DNA from: Hypanus sabinus
Taxonomy: Eukaryota
Direction of reading: 5' to 3'
Assembly (NCBI RefSeq): GCF_030144855.1
Contig: NC_082715.1
Span: forward strand, 91,884,001-91,948,000
DNA: 64,000 nt
The notes under the pieces are model-generated. The model was not told the DNA's origin. It saw only the letters and a list, made by a program, of their open reading frames with translations, and did no database searches. Made by a program: the position numbers and the translations under genes. Each line of letters begins with the position of its first letter. The first letter of the stretch is position 1. This document shows positions 11,095 through 23,669 of this stretch, piece by piece.

Positions 11095-13232
11095 TGAATC
11101 CCACGTGGTTATGGTTAATGAATGCTGTGAAATGCCAACCCTCCAGAAGAGAACAAAAATGGCAGATGGTCAGGTAGAAACTGAGAAGTTTGGGGTCAGA
11201 CATGCTGTTCTTCCTCTCAAAGAGGTGGAGCTTTTGGCTGAAGGAGGTAGGTGGCGGCTATATGTCTCCAAGTGTTCTTGCACAGCACCTACAGCTCTGG
11301 TCCTGTCTGATGACCATTCAAGCATGTTAATAGAGGTACTGCTTTTAAGAGCACTATTCCAGGGGAACATAGGATTAGTGCTCATGGAATGAAATGGCGA
11401 TAGAAATTCACCATACCTAAAAACTCCTGCAGTGCTTTGGTAGTGCGTGCAGTGGAAAGTCCATAACAACAGCAACATTTGATGGCAGGGGTGTCGCACC
11501 CTCTGTGGAGATGCGGTGCCTAAGAAAGTCAATAGTAGACAAACTGAACTGACATTTAGCAGGGTTAATAATTAGCCCAAGTTGGCTTAAGTGCTGGAAA
11601 AGTGTGCGGACATGTGATAAATATTTGGTTTTGTGTGTGGTGGCAACACATATGGTGAACAAAATGAAAATCAATGTCTTTTAAAACAGAAACCATTAGT
11701 TGCTCTAAAGTCCATGCTGCATTTTTTTTCAGTCCAAACAGTATTTGCAGAATCTCAAGTGGACCAAACAGGATTATAACAGCAGTTGTGGGAACATCTT
11801 TAGCATGCACAGGCACTTGCTGGTAGCCCCTGACTGTCCACTTTTTAAAAAATTATCTTTCTGTGTAAATGTGCCAAAAATTCTTGAATACGTGGGATAG
11901 GGTAACGATTGGGGGTGATGGCCTCATTAAGGTGACAGTAATCGCAGCAAGGACAACAACCACCATTGGACTTAGGGACCTCATGGTGGGGTGGAACCCA
12001 AGGGCTATTTGACCTGTGTACATTGCCAAGCACTTCCATGTTAGCAAACTCATCCTTAGTGCTGGCCAGCTTTTTTGTGTCCAGTCTATGTGCACAGGCA
12101 TGGACCAGCGAGCCAGTTGTGGAAATGTGGTGCTCGACCCCCATGCTTGGTGACTGTGGTGGAAAACGTGGGCTTGGTGAGGTTTGGGAATTCACTCGTT
12201 AGGCATGTGAATTCACATGTGGTGCTGCATGAGTTAGAGAGAATCAACCAGGGGAATGTACTGGAGGCATAGGGTAACGAACCAAAGTCCTTTACATCCA
12301 TAAGCCTGCAGTTCTTAAGATCTACCAACAGTTCTTTGGCACATAGAAAATCTGTGCCAAGCAGAGGTCCAGCAACTTTAGCCAAGGCAAAGTCCCATGT
12401 AATCCACTGAAGCAAAGTGTCACATAAGTCAGATAAGTCCAGATCCTACTACCATTGGTGGTCTCCAGTGAGGGTGTATTGCTCTCTGATTATAAGCTGT
12501 GGGCGAAGCGGGCAGCACACTCATTTATGTGCTCATGTCACACATGCATGAGTCTGTTGGAAGATCTGCTGACGGGGCTTATTGAGACAGGTAAAGGAGG
12601 AGGAACGATGCATCTCTGCCTGGCTGAATGTAGAATATCGGCCATTTTAGCAAGCTTTCTATTGCCTTTCATGGGTGTATTATCAAGGGTTATGCGAATT
12701 TGATCAGGGATTTGATACATAAAGAGCTCTTTAAATATAAAACAAGGATGCTGATTGCCCAGGAGAGATAGAGTGTAGTCATTAACTCTGTAGGCCTAGT
12801 GTCACACAGGCCGGGCAAGGAGTGCAACTTGTCATAACGTTTAGACACAAAAATTTATCACATGCAGATGGGTCTTCCCACTAATCCAGCTGCAGTGGAA
12901 CTATTTTGCAATGTTACAATGTAGTAAAATTTGATACTGTTTACGGTGATGTCTCACAGCGTGAACTGGGCTTCCACCTGTGCAAACCACAGGTAGCGTG
13001 TTGCTCCCAGAATTCCAGCAGCTTCAAAGCAACTGCATTGTTTGACATGTCATTGAGTAACTCTGAAATCATCTGAGAATGTCACCAATGTAGGATTTTG
13101 TTTATAAAACTTTTGAGTTGCTTTACTTGCTTGACGATAGCCACAGCCCTTATCTTCCATTACAAACAAATCGAAAGCAGTCACATTACACTGACATCAT
13201 TACGTCAGACACTGTCTCTTAAAGTGAACACA
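11095..13232 (-). mobile_element. Ty3/Gypsy LTR retrotransposon remnant (5' LTR, PBS, gag, PR, RT, RNase H)
   Basis: LTR at 13232-13089 (TG..CA), then a PBS-like TTGGTGAC. gag: NAVALKLLEFWEQ. PR: WDFALAKVAGPLLGTDFL. RT: SNSPW..DY.HLNEAITPNRYPIPRIQEF, DVPTTAVI..FG, LSQLGLIINPAKCQF. RNase H: YLTICHFCSLLEGWHFTAF. Confidence 0.9.
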
Positions 13233-15129
13233 AAGAATTTCAGGATGTATGTTGTATACATTTCTCTGACATTAAATTGAACCTATTGAACCAATTGAGC
13301 TCAATGATGTTGTATGTGAATTATGTCCAACAGATTCTATTATGAAAAAATATGTGTCATCTGTCACCCATGGTATTATCCTACAGTTGGACTGATAAAC
13401 ACAAAGAATATTCAAGGACCTGGGGTGGAGAGGGAATAAATAGTTAACATTTGAATTTGATGATTGTTCATTGGAACTGTAAGAACGTAAATACAGAACA
13501 GGTTTTATGCAGGATTGATGAATGAAGAATGGAGGATTGATAGATCATTAAAGGAAAGGTCACTTATAGGGTCAAAGGAAGGAGAGTTTAAGTAACCAAA
13601 GATGCAATGTCAAAACACTGGCAAGTCCAAGTGGCAATAGAAGAATTGTCATCAACAGGTTCCACGTAAAATAAAATTGGGAGCAGTTGTCATCACCTGA
13701 AACTGCTGAGTCTGAGAAGTCTTAGCTTAATAAGAAAAATGTTATTCTTAAACTTCCAGAACTGGGCTCTAACAGAAGATTGGGGACAGATATCAGGGTG
13801 GTATTGGACTGAGAGTTACATTTAAAGTGCCTGTCGATAGAGCAGAATATCTTCTGCTCATACACTATTCTGAAAAAAATAGATTTTGGGCTAATTTAAA
13901 ATAACGATGGAAGATGTTAATGGCCAGATAAATCAATTACTAAATTTTTATAAGTTAAGTAAAAGAGAAGTACAAATAACTTTAACCAAGTTAAATCCCC
14001 TTTATCTTTTCACAAGATATCATGTAGTTGCAAGTCTCTGGATAGGGTGCTGGAGATCAAGACTGTCTCTGCACCTGGTCAGATGAAATTGTTAGCTCAG
14101 TGAAAGATTCGGAAACTTAATTCAGTTTCTATATGGATGCCGCCTGACCTGCTGAGTGTTTCCAGTGTTTTCCATCTTTATTCCTAGGACTCCTAATGGT
14201 GCAGAAACACAGTTTATAATTAGATATTCAAATCAGCTGACAGATATAAATAAAGATGTATTCAGTAGATAGAATTATGATATGATATGATAAAATATAT
14301 TTTTATTTAAGATCAGTTTGATGTCTAGCCAACCTTCTCTGATATTGCATCCTCTGTTACTCCTCTTCGCCACTCCAAAGTTTGGATACTAAAGCAGTGA
14401 TTGCTTCACTTTGAAGGTTAATTTGCCCTTTTTTATCAGTTGCAAATTTTGCTGATTTCAGTTTCTTAATATTTGCAGCTTTGAAAGAATACATCCTACA
14501 GTGCGTTTTTCATGGAAGTGGCCAAAGGATAAATGTCCAGTTCCACCGTGCCTTGTCTCTTTTTGTTGTACCATTTTAATCTAACAGTCATTGATGTAAA
14601 ATGCCTCTGCACAAAGTAGCTTGAGTTCATTTTTTAATAGATATCATAATTGTTAACTTTCTCAACTTGTCCCACTCTAATTTTTCCAGTTTTAACTGTT
14701 TTGGCATGAGAAGTAGGGCTTTTTTTGTGATCATATTAAATTATGAATGTCCTTAGCCAGCAGATGGGATATTTTAACCTCACACCAGAAGCAGCATTTG
14801 GACAAAGTTCGGAGTTCATGGCATGTAGGCACCAGAGACAAATGGATGCTTGTATCTGCCAGGATACTTAAATATTTCCCAGTATGCATTCATCTGCAGA
14901 TATGAAATGATAAGCAAAGTGTTTACATTGAAATCTAATCTGACTATAAAATATCAAGAGTCCTGTGGGGAAAATTTTGAAATTATGCAGGAGAAAATGA
15001 TGTGATCGGCTTTTCTTTGGCTCATTCCTGGAATATGGCAATTACGGAAAGGACAAAATTGATTGCTCATACTTGATTGCCCCAAACAGCGTGGAAGATG
15101 GCACCTCTGGGGTGTGACCCTGCATAGTC

Positions 15130-15495
15130 CTGTGGACAACTGATTCCAGGCCGTTGTTGTGGTGGGTGGTGGGTGGTGGGTGGTGAGTGGTGAGTGGTGA
15201 GTGGTGGGTGGTGAGTGGTGGGTGGTGAGTGGTGGGTGGTGAGTGGTGGCTGGTGGCTGGTGGCTGGTGGCTGGTGGCTGGTGAGTGCTGACACTTTCTG
15301 CTGAAATGGGTGGGAGGGGAGGGGGAGGTTGACGCTTTGATGCTTGTTACTGCTTGAGTGGGGGGGTAGAGGGGGCTTTGGGGTTCTAGTGTTTTTCTGT
15401 CATTTTGGGGATCTTTCTGTTTCTTGTGGATGTCTGTGAAGACCAAATAATTCAGATTGTATGCATCCTCTGATAATAAACGGAACCACTTGAAG
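15130..15495 (+). mobile_element. Non-autonomous retroposon 3' part (same family as 49442-49830)
   Basis: Shares GGGGGCTTTGGGGTTCTA..TTCTTGTGGATG..TGTGAAGA...TCTGA.A.TAAA with 49680-49805 and with the tail at 13233-13295. Confidence 0.6.
15161..15286 (+). repeat. G-rich heptamer tandem array (GGTGGGT/GGTGAGT/GGTGGCT, about 18 units)
   Basis: Directly visible; it explains the low-complexity His/Pro/Thr ORFs at 15042-15524 and 15067-15294. Confidence 0.95.
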
Positions 15496-15539
15496 GTGCT
15501 ATCCCATTTAAGCATAAGAATCAAGTTGGACTTAGTTTC

Positions 15540-15740
15540 AGACTAGATTTCCTTTCCTGAGGGATATCGGTGAACCAACTGTCTTCTACAAGAATCCCAT
15601 ATTTTTGTGGTCACATTACATATGTTAGCCAATTACTCTAGATTTATTAAAGGTCACCATAAGATGCCATTCAAATTCATGTCTCCAGATCAACTGACCA
15701 AGCCTCTGGTTACTAATACTATAGCTTAACCATTATAGTA
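15540..15740 (-). mobile_element. Old SINE-like repeat (same family as 54765-55025)
   Basis: The reverse complement aligns to 54765-54960 (GGTTCAC..AT..C.TTAGGAAA.GAAATCT). Confidence 0.5.
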
Positions 15741-15929
15741 TAATGGGTTGTAATGGGCCTTTGAGTTTGGGCAGATAAAATCTTTATCACATAACATGGA
15801 ACATAGAACAAAGAACAGAGAGCAGTGCAGCACAATAATGGCCCTTTGGCCTACAATATTGTGCCAATCTACATAAACCTACTTCATGATCAATGTAATC
15901 CCTCCAATAAACCCTTCTCATAATAAGAT

Positions 15930-16140
15930 TCCTTCTTACCCAGCCCTTTACTTTTCCCACTTGCTTAGCTTGACCTATCACCTTCTAGACAGTCCTCCTT
16001 CCCCTTTTTGTTCTGCTGGCTTCCTCCTTCTTTTCCAGTCCTGCAGAAGGGTCTTGGCCTGAAACATGACCTGCTTATTCATTTCCATAGATCCTGCTTG
16101 ACCTGCTGTTTCTCCAGCATTTTGTGTGTGCTACTTATCC
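15930..16140 (+). mobile_element. PLE 3' fragment
   Basis: A pyrimidine tract, then CAGTC CTGCAGA A GGGTCTTGGCCT GAAAC and the family tail. Confidence 0.7.
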
Positions 16141-16150
16141 AAGATCTGCT

Positions 16151-16691
16151 TAAAGTGGCTACTTTAATAGGTACACCTGTACACCTGCTCATTAATTCAA
16201 ACATCTAATCAGCCAATCAACACAATGCATAACAGCATGCAGGCATGGTCAAGTGGTTCAGTTGTTTTTCAGACCAAACATTAGATTGAGGAAGAAATGT
16301 AATCAAAGTGACTTTGGAATGATTGGTGCCAGTAGGGGTGTTTTGAAGACCTCAGAAACTGCTGACCTCCTGGGATTTTCATGCAGGATTATTACAGAGA
16401 ATGGTGAAAAGAACAAAAATCATCCAGTGCATGGCAGTTCTGTGGGCAAAAGAAGCCTGCCTTTTTAATGAGAGGTCAGAGGCGAATGACAGGACATATT
16501 CATGTTGACTGGAAGGTAATAGCAACTCAAATAACAAGGGGTTACAATATTGTGGCGCAGAAGAGTATTTCTGAACACATAACACATCAGACCTTGAAGT
16601 GGATGGACTACAGTAGCTGAAAGCCAAGGAAATACAATGTGTCGATTTTATTAGGTACAGGAGGTACCTAGTAAAATGGCCACGGAATGTA
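16151..16691 (+). mobile_element. Tc1/mariner internally deleted element with both ends
   Basis: Left TIR AGTGGCTACTTTAATAGGTACAC and right TIR GTACCTAGTAAAATGGCCACGGAATG plus TA. It encodes a decayed paired-like domain KKC..SDF.GMIGA..G....SETADLLGFS..RGQRRM..TQIT..YN..QKSISEHIT.QTLKWMDYSS, with no DDE domain. Confidence 0.85.
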
Positions 16692-17461
16692 AGCTCCTTT
16701 CAAAAGATTAATTTTTTTATCCTTAGCACTTTACCTCATGTATTCTAGTTCTGCAAAATCCATCAAATCAGGTGTAATGATAATGTCTGCTCCACAATAA
16801 TGAAACTGGAATGGCATAATTCTTCCCTTGTCAGATTTTTTCCCCAAAGCTCAGACACAATATAGCTAAATCTTTCAATGTTCAAAAAGTGACATAAAAA
16901 GCATTCAGTTGCTGCAGAATTTCTACAGTCCACTAAATCCTACATTGCTTTAATATTTTGCAAATTAATACTGTCAAGAATATACTGATTAGCAATGTCT
17001 GGCAGTAAAACAGCTGCATAATTCTTTTTGTGAGCCTCATTGCTGCTGAAGTTAACTGAAAGGAAACACTTTTTAGTCATTCATTCACACTTTATTTCAT
17101 TGGAGCTTTAATCAGTCTCCAAGTGTATAAACCATTATCTTTGTAAAACAGACAATTACAAATAATAGCTTGAAGATTAACTATTCATTTTCGTAAAAAG
17201 GGATTTCCATCTTTGTTGCACTTGTGCAGATGTCGTTTTAACTGAACAAATGTAATGTAGAGAAACTTGCCCAGTTGCAAGCTATAAGTGTGCACGGATT
17301 GGCCTGCCCTGCTACATCCTGCTTCATTCATATCACATGGAAAACAAGGGTTATCTTTCAGCTTGAAGGATGAGCAGAAGGTGGAATGGACACTGAAAGA
17401 AAGCAGTAGTTTGCCATGCAGTGTTTGTAAGGTAAATTGGAGTTTATGGTACATGACAATT

Positions 17462-17783
17462 TAAAGGTTAACGTTATTTGTCACCTGCCTATTGAAACAT
17501 CAAAGCATACAATGAAATGTATAGATGCCGTCAACGACCAACACAATCTGGGTGAAAGCTGCAAATGTTGCCATGCTTCCAGTGCCACATAACATGCCCA
17601 CAATGTACTAACCTTAACTCAAGTTAAGGTCTTTGGAATGTGGGAGGAAACCAGAACTCCTGGAGGAAATCCATGCAGTCATGAGGAGAATGTACAAGCT
17701 GCTTACAGACAGCTGTGGGAATTGAACCTCAATCTTCCAGTTGGTGCTATATAGCATTATATTAACCCCTGTGCTACTGTGCC
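17462..17783 (-). mobile_element. tRNA-derived V-SINE
   Basis: On the minus strand: A-box-like TAGCACAGGGG, B-box GGTTCAATTCC and V-domain ATGGATTTCCTCCAGGAGTTCTGGTTTCCTCCCACATTCCAAAGAC. Confidence 0.8.
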
Positions 17784-17857
17784 AGCCAAGGCACTCCCTC
17801 CAGCCAGTGCATTGCTCTGGCACTACTGTAATGTCCAGCAAGTTCTCCTTCTTAGGA

Positions 17858-19180
17858 GAATCAAAGTATGAATCAGGTTTAATATCACTGCCATAGGTCA
17901 TGAAATTTGTTGTGTTGTGGCAGCAGTACATGGGAATATATAAAATAAAAACTATAAATTACAGTAAGAAGTATATATAAAGAAAGTAACTTAAATTTGA
18001 TAGGTAGCACAAAAAGAGAGGAAAAAATACTGATGTAGTGTCCATGGGTTTATTAACCATTCAGAAGTCTGATGGCAAAGGGAAAGTAGCTATTCCTAAA
18101 ATATTGAGTGTGTCTTCAGGTTCCTGTACCTCCTTTATTATAACACTGAGAAGGGGGCATATCATGGGTCCTTAAAGATGGATGCCACTTTTCCGAGGCA
18201 TCACCTTTTGAAGGAATCCTGGATGTTGGGGAGCCTAATGGCCATGATGGAGCTGGCTGAGTTTACAACTTTCTGCAGCTTTTTCTGATCCTTAACAGTG
18301 GCCCCTTCATACCAGATGGTGATACAACCAGTTAGTGATACATCCAGTTAGAATGCTCTCTATGATACATGAATAGAAAATTGCAAGTGTCTTTGGTGAC
18401 ATACCAATTCTCCTCAAACTTTTAAAGAAACATAGCCACTGTCTTAGGATTTGGATCAATATGTTGGGCCCAGAACAGATCCTCAGAAATGTTGACTCCC
18501 AGAAACTTGAAGCTAATGATCACCATTTCCACTTATGATTCTTCGATAAAGACTGGTGTGTATTTCCTCGAGTTTCCCTTCCTGGAGTCCACAATCAATT
18601 CTTAGGTCTTACTGATAATGATTGCAAGGGTGTTGTTGTGACACCACTCAACCAGTTGATCAGTCTCTCTCCTGTACATCTCCTCATAACCATCTGAAAT
18701 TCTGCCAACTATAGTTGTGTCATTAACAAATTTATAGATGGCATTTGAGCTGTGCCGAGCTACACAATTGTGGGTGTAGAGAGAGTAGACCAGCAGTCTA
18801 AGCATGCATCCTTGAGTTGTGCCACCAAGGAGGAGATGTTATTTCGATCCATGCAGACTGTGGTCTGCCGGTGAGGAAGTCAAGGATCCAGTTACAGAGA
18901 GTGTACAGGGGCAAGGGTTCTGAAGCTTCTTAATTGGAACTGAGGATCTGATTGTATTGAACACTGAGATGTGGCCATTAAACAGCAGCCTGATGCAGCT
19001 ATTATTATTGTCCAGGTGATCCAAGGCAGAGTGGAGAGCCAGTGAGATTTCATCAGCTGTAGATCTATTGGAGTGATAGGAAACTGCAGAGGGTCCAGGA
19101 CCTTGCTTAGGTAGGAGCTGATTCTAGGTAGGATCAACCTCTCAAAGCACTGTATCACAGTAGACGTGAGCGCCACTGGA
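17858..19180 (-). mobile_element. Rex1/Babar-like LINE, 5'-truncated
   Basis: PVALTSTVIQCFERL..LDPLQF; HLDNNNSCIRLLF...S.FNTI; [49 protein letters not shown]...SKT. Confidence 0.88.
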
Positions 19181-19239
19181 CTAAGCTCTGACATTAACTC
19201 TGGTCCTTAAACATTCTTTGCATTCCTTTTTCTTCTCAG

Positions 19240-19545
19240 GCACTCCCAGGTATCAAAGATTACCTTCCTCCATTCCAGGTTTGTGGGTTTTGCAGACCTG
19301 GGATAGAAGATGCCTGAGGTGAGTTGTTAGTTTGGAAAGTGGGGTGCTTCTTCTCAATGTATGCAGGGCTTCAGAGTGAAGCTTCTCAATGCCATCCTGA
19401 ATATGTCTTCTCCATTAAGACCATCGATGATCTGGGAATATTTGTGAGTGGGTGGATATGTTACACTTATTCATTGAGGCTTTGAATCATTTCTTTTATC
19501 CTCCTGGTCATCTCTTGATGACTCAGAGCTTGCACGAGATCTAGC
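19240..19545 (-). mobile_element. Decayed RTE 3' fragment
   Basis: The minus strand gives a broken R.PGG.KK.F..ASMNKCNIS..WRRHIQDGIEK pattern. Confidence 0.5.
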
Positions 19546-19589
19546 ATACATTGTTTATTGGAGTTTCTTGAGTATAATCAGAGACTCAG

Positions 19590-20020
19590 AGATGGGGAAT
19601 ATTGGCCAGCCTCCCTCCTTCTCACTTTTCCCATTCCTCTCACACCTTCTCTTATTTTCACCTGTCCATCACCTCTTTCTGCTTCCCCTTTTCCTTCTCT
19701 TTCTTCCATGGTCCACTGTCCTCTGCTATTAGGCTCCTTCATCAGCTTCTTACCTCTTCCACCTATCTCTTGCCAACTTCTTACTTCATCCCCCTTCCCC
19801 ACCCACCCACCTTCCTCCTCACCTGGTCTCATCTGTTCCCTGCCAGCTTCTACTCCTGCCTTCACCCTCTTATTCTGGCTTCTTCCTCTTTGCTTTCCAG
19901 TCTTGATGAAGGGTCTGAGCCTAAAACATCGACTGTTTTTCTGCTGCCGTTGATGCTGAGCTTTCCTCCAACTTTTTGTGTATGTTGCTCAAATGTTCCA
20001 GCATCTGCAGAACCTCTTAT
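19590..20020 (+). mobile_element. PLE 3' UTR and terminal repeat
   Basis: Pyrimidine-rich UTR homologous to 1960-2250, then CAGTC TTGATGA A GGGTCTGAGCCT AAAAC ATC GACTG (19898-19935). Confidence 0.75.
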
Positions 20021-20839
20021 ATGTAGAGGAAGTTGATAATATTTTGCTTATCTTGCCAGTAGATCGGAAGGACACTGAGGGAAATGATTGATTCTCATTT
20101 CAGTGTCTTTAGATTTCTATTGTAGGTGAATCAGAAGTGTACAGGAGGGCAAAGTCCATGCTTTTTACCAGATATGTGGTCTTATTCATCGAAAAACACA
20201 TTTTCTCAAAGGTTCTGGTAATTATGATGAATTTCATTACTGATGTCTGCCTTTGTTGAAAGATGGCACTTGCACTAAGTTCCAGTGGATGAGATTGTAT
20301 TGTGTTGATTTAGTCAAGAATATTCACATCAAAAACTGAGCTATAATTTCACAGCTCTTGAAAGTGCTCCAGCCACTGACTGTTCATAAGTGTATTTCTA
20401 TATGTAAGCACTCACACACATGCCCTTGCCCACTCAGGACACTTCAAACCTCCTTCAAATCAACTCCTATCCTCTTCCCATTTTTCCTCAGTCCCTCCAT
20501 TCAAACGCCACTGTCCCCCCTTGACTTTCCTCCCAGTGCTGATGGTCCTCTCCCTCCTTCATATTGGCTACCATTCCTCCTTGTTCCTCTGCTCCTTTAC
20601 TGCACTGCCAGATGCATTTACCTTCACCCTCCGGCCTCTTGTCTGTCTCCGCTGAAGATGGTCGACCTTCCTTCAGGCTTGGTTCCAATTGATGATATTT
20701 CACCTCTCTTCACTCTCTTCATCCCCCCTTTTACTCTGGGGGGATGAAGAGATTATGGTAAAGACCTATGAATGATTTGGGCATGCCCCTTTGTAACTAT
20801 CGGCTGCAGGACAATGAGAGTTGAGGGGTTTCTTTAAGT

Positions 20840-21335
20840 AAATTGGTAAATTAGTTTATTATTGTCACAGGTAACAAGCTACAGTAAAAATCTTGTTTTG
20901 CCTACTATCCATAGAGATCAATTCATTACAACAGTGCACTGAGGTAATGTGAGGGAAATATCAAAACCAGAGTGCAGAACAATGTGTTACAGCTCCAGAG
21001 AAAGTGCAGTGCAGGTGAACAATAAGATACAAGGTCATACCAAGGTAGATTGTGATGTTAAGAACTGTTTCATTGAACAAGGGAACCATTCAATAATTTG
21101 AAAATAAGAGGATAGAATCTGCTCTTCAGTCTGGTGGTGCACACTACCAGGCTCTTGTATCTTCCACCTAGTGGCAGAGGAAGGAAGGGAGAGTGTCCAT
21201 GGTAGATGGTATCTTTACTGAAGCAGCAAGAACTGTAAATAGAGTCTATGGAGGGAGGGGTTTTCATGGCGTGCTGAGCTGTGACCACTATTCTCTGCTG
21301 TTCCTTACGGTCATGGACAGGCCATTGCCATAGTA
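20840..21335 (-). mobile_element. Rex-like LINE 3' fragment
   Basis: ORF 21070-21342 DRKEQQRIVVTAQH...PSIDSIYSS.C..K..HGHSPF.PLPLGGRYKSL...TTRLKSRFYP..KLLN. Confidence 0.75.
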
Positions 21336-21479
21336 GAAGCACAATGATGATGCAGCAATTGCCTTGTCCATGACTGTAGGCACTAGGCCAGCATGGACTA
21401 GATGGACAGAAGGGTCCCTGTTTTTGTGCTGCGGTGCTCCGTGACTCATAGGTATAATCATGTTGTTACTTCAGTTAAT

Positions 21480-21872
21480 GATACACAATGGTGCCAGTCA
21501 CCATGTCACCATGTTTCTTTTCACTCCATCTGCCCATCGCCCACATGCTCCTTCCACTGTTGTTTCCATCTGCCCTTGCTTATTTGATTCCATTCCCTAC
21601 CTTCCTTTCCTATCAGATTTCATCATCTGCAGCCTTGTGATGCCTCCACCGATCACCTCCTTGTCTCTGTCGCTTTTTCCACATGGCCCTCCTCCATCTA
21701 CCTATCACCCCTCCTCACCTGGACTTGTCAGCTCCTGCTTCACCCCTTTCTCTCAACCCTGTATCCTGGACACCTCCGTTCTATTTTTCAGTATCAATGC
21801 AGGGTCTTGAACCAAAATACTAACTGTTCAGGTGCTATCTCACCCACTGAGTTCCTCTAGCATCTTGCCTTT
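21480..21872 (+). mobile_element. Old PLE 3' fragment
   Basis: A pyrimidine-rich tract and degenerate terminus CAGTATCAATGCAGGGTCTTGAACCAAAATACTAACTG...CTGAGTTCCTCTAGCA. Confidence 0.55.
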
Positions 21873-23449
21873 TCAATACTGAACTTGAAGCAGCAGGACA
21901 TGACAAGTGATTATATTTCATTCTGAAAGTGTGGATCTGAGGCGACAACCTAGATTGAAGTAGTTAAGGGCATAAGAAGAACAAGACATAAATATTCCTT
22001 TCAGCTATTACTGTGAACTACCTTTGATTCAACATCGCCTGATTGGAAACACATTCAACAGCAGACTGGAGCAGTTCAAGAATGTAGCTTTTCACCATCT
22101 TCTCAAAAGTCTATCAATGATGGGCGATAGGTACAGGTCCTACCTGAGATGTCCTTACCTTATGAGTCAGTAAGATAAATACCAGGTTCACTCAAGATAA
22201 ATAGCTATTTGCTTGAAATACTGTGTTCCAGATGTTTAACAGAAACCAGAACCTCCAGGTACAAAACAGAAAAATTAAAAAAAAAGTAATTTGAATAATT
22301 ATATTTCACAATTCATTTTTTAAGCATCTGCATGTTTCCCTGGGCAAAATAGCAACTCATGCACTGTAATGCAAAAATAAGCTCTAATACTCACCCTAAA
22401 GCAAAAGGAAATACTATTTTAATTGTAAATAGATATTAATAAGTGGCAGTTCCTATTCCAATGAATTTGGGAGTGAATCTTTGCAATTCTCACCCCCTAA
22501 AGGGTGTTGATATTCCAATGCTGATAATGTTCAAGGATGAGATTTATATTTGTGGGTAATAAAGAGTCCAGCAATAATACAGGAAAAAGGGTGCAAATTG
22601 CAAAATTCAAATTGCATGGAGAAAAAGGATTAGGGATTCGGGGAAGACTCACGTTTCCAGTTCTCATCTAATTGATTTTATTCATATAAAAACTTTGGTT
22701 TTAGTTTTATTTTTTCACTCCTCATGCAATATATTAAAGTTCAAAGTACATTTATTATCATTGCATGCATACATGATACAAGCTTGAGGTTTCAACTTAC
22801 AGGCGGCCACAAAGCAAAGAGACCCAAAAGAACGCAGGAGAAAAAAGACTGACAAACAACCAATTTGCAAAAATAAAAGATCAAATCCTGCAAAAAGGAA
22901 GCAAATTGGATTCAGAACAAAAGTGCGTCCAAAGACATGAAGCCTGAAGCAGCCAGAGCAGGCAACAAGCTCAGCCTCTACGAGTTGTTCCTCACAATAG
23001 GACCCAGGCCCTATTGTATTAACATGCTCTGGGGCTGGACCTCACTGCCACACCTTTGCAAATCGGTCAGGTGATTAGATCCATCAAGCCTTGCTCTTGG
23101 TTTAGGTGAATCTGCCTCCCCTTTGCTCTGACTTTGCTCCACACTGCTTGCCCTGACTTTGCAACGCTCTCGCACACTTTGACCCTCGACTCGGCCTTGC
23201 CTTCGCTCACCTCTCCATTGAGGTAATATTTACCATAAACTTTACCAGGAGAAAGAGTTATTAATTCAGTATTTAGTTTGTATTTGTTGTTTTGTTTGCC
23301 ACCAGAGGTTTAAGCATCATATACTGTATATACGATAACTTGTGATAAAATTGGATAGTTCAATTTATTTTCCTTCTTTGAAGAACGAATATTGGCCAAG
23401 GTACCAGGAACAATGTTTCTACTCTTATTTATTTATTTTTTCCAACTTG

Positions 23450-23669
23450 GAGATACAGCACCATTACAGACCCTCTCAACTGATGAGCCTGTACGTCCAA
23501 CTGCTGATTAATCTACTAACCTGTATGTGTCTGGAACGTGGGAAGAAACTGGAGCAGCAGGGGAAAGCCCGTGCAGTCAAGAAGAGAACGTACAAGCTCC
23601 TTACAGAGATGAATCCGGGTCGTTGGCATCGTAAAGCTTCACGCTAACCACTACACTACTGTGCTGCCC
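23450..23669 (-). mobile_element. tRNA-derived V-SINE
   Basis: Minus-strand head GGGCAGCACAGTAGTGTAGTGGTTAGCG; the V-domain is homologous to 17630-17710. Confidence 0.75.

Noticed and set aside
15042-15524. 160-aa His/Pro/Thr-rich ORF on the minus strand
   Set aside because: It is a translation of the heptamer tandem array plus a retroposon UTR, with no independent coding evidence.
17700-17783. tRNA gene
   Set aside because: The A/B boxes run straight into a V-SINE body, and no cloverleaf is evident.
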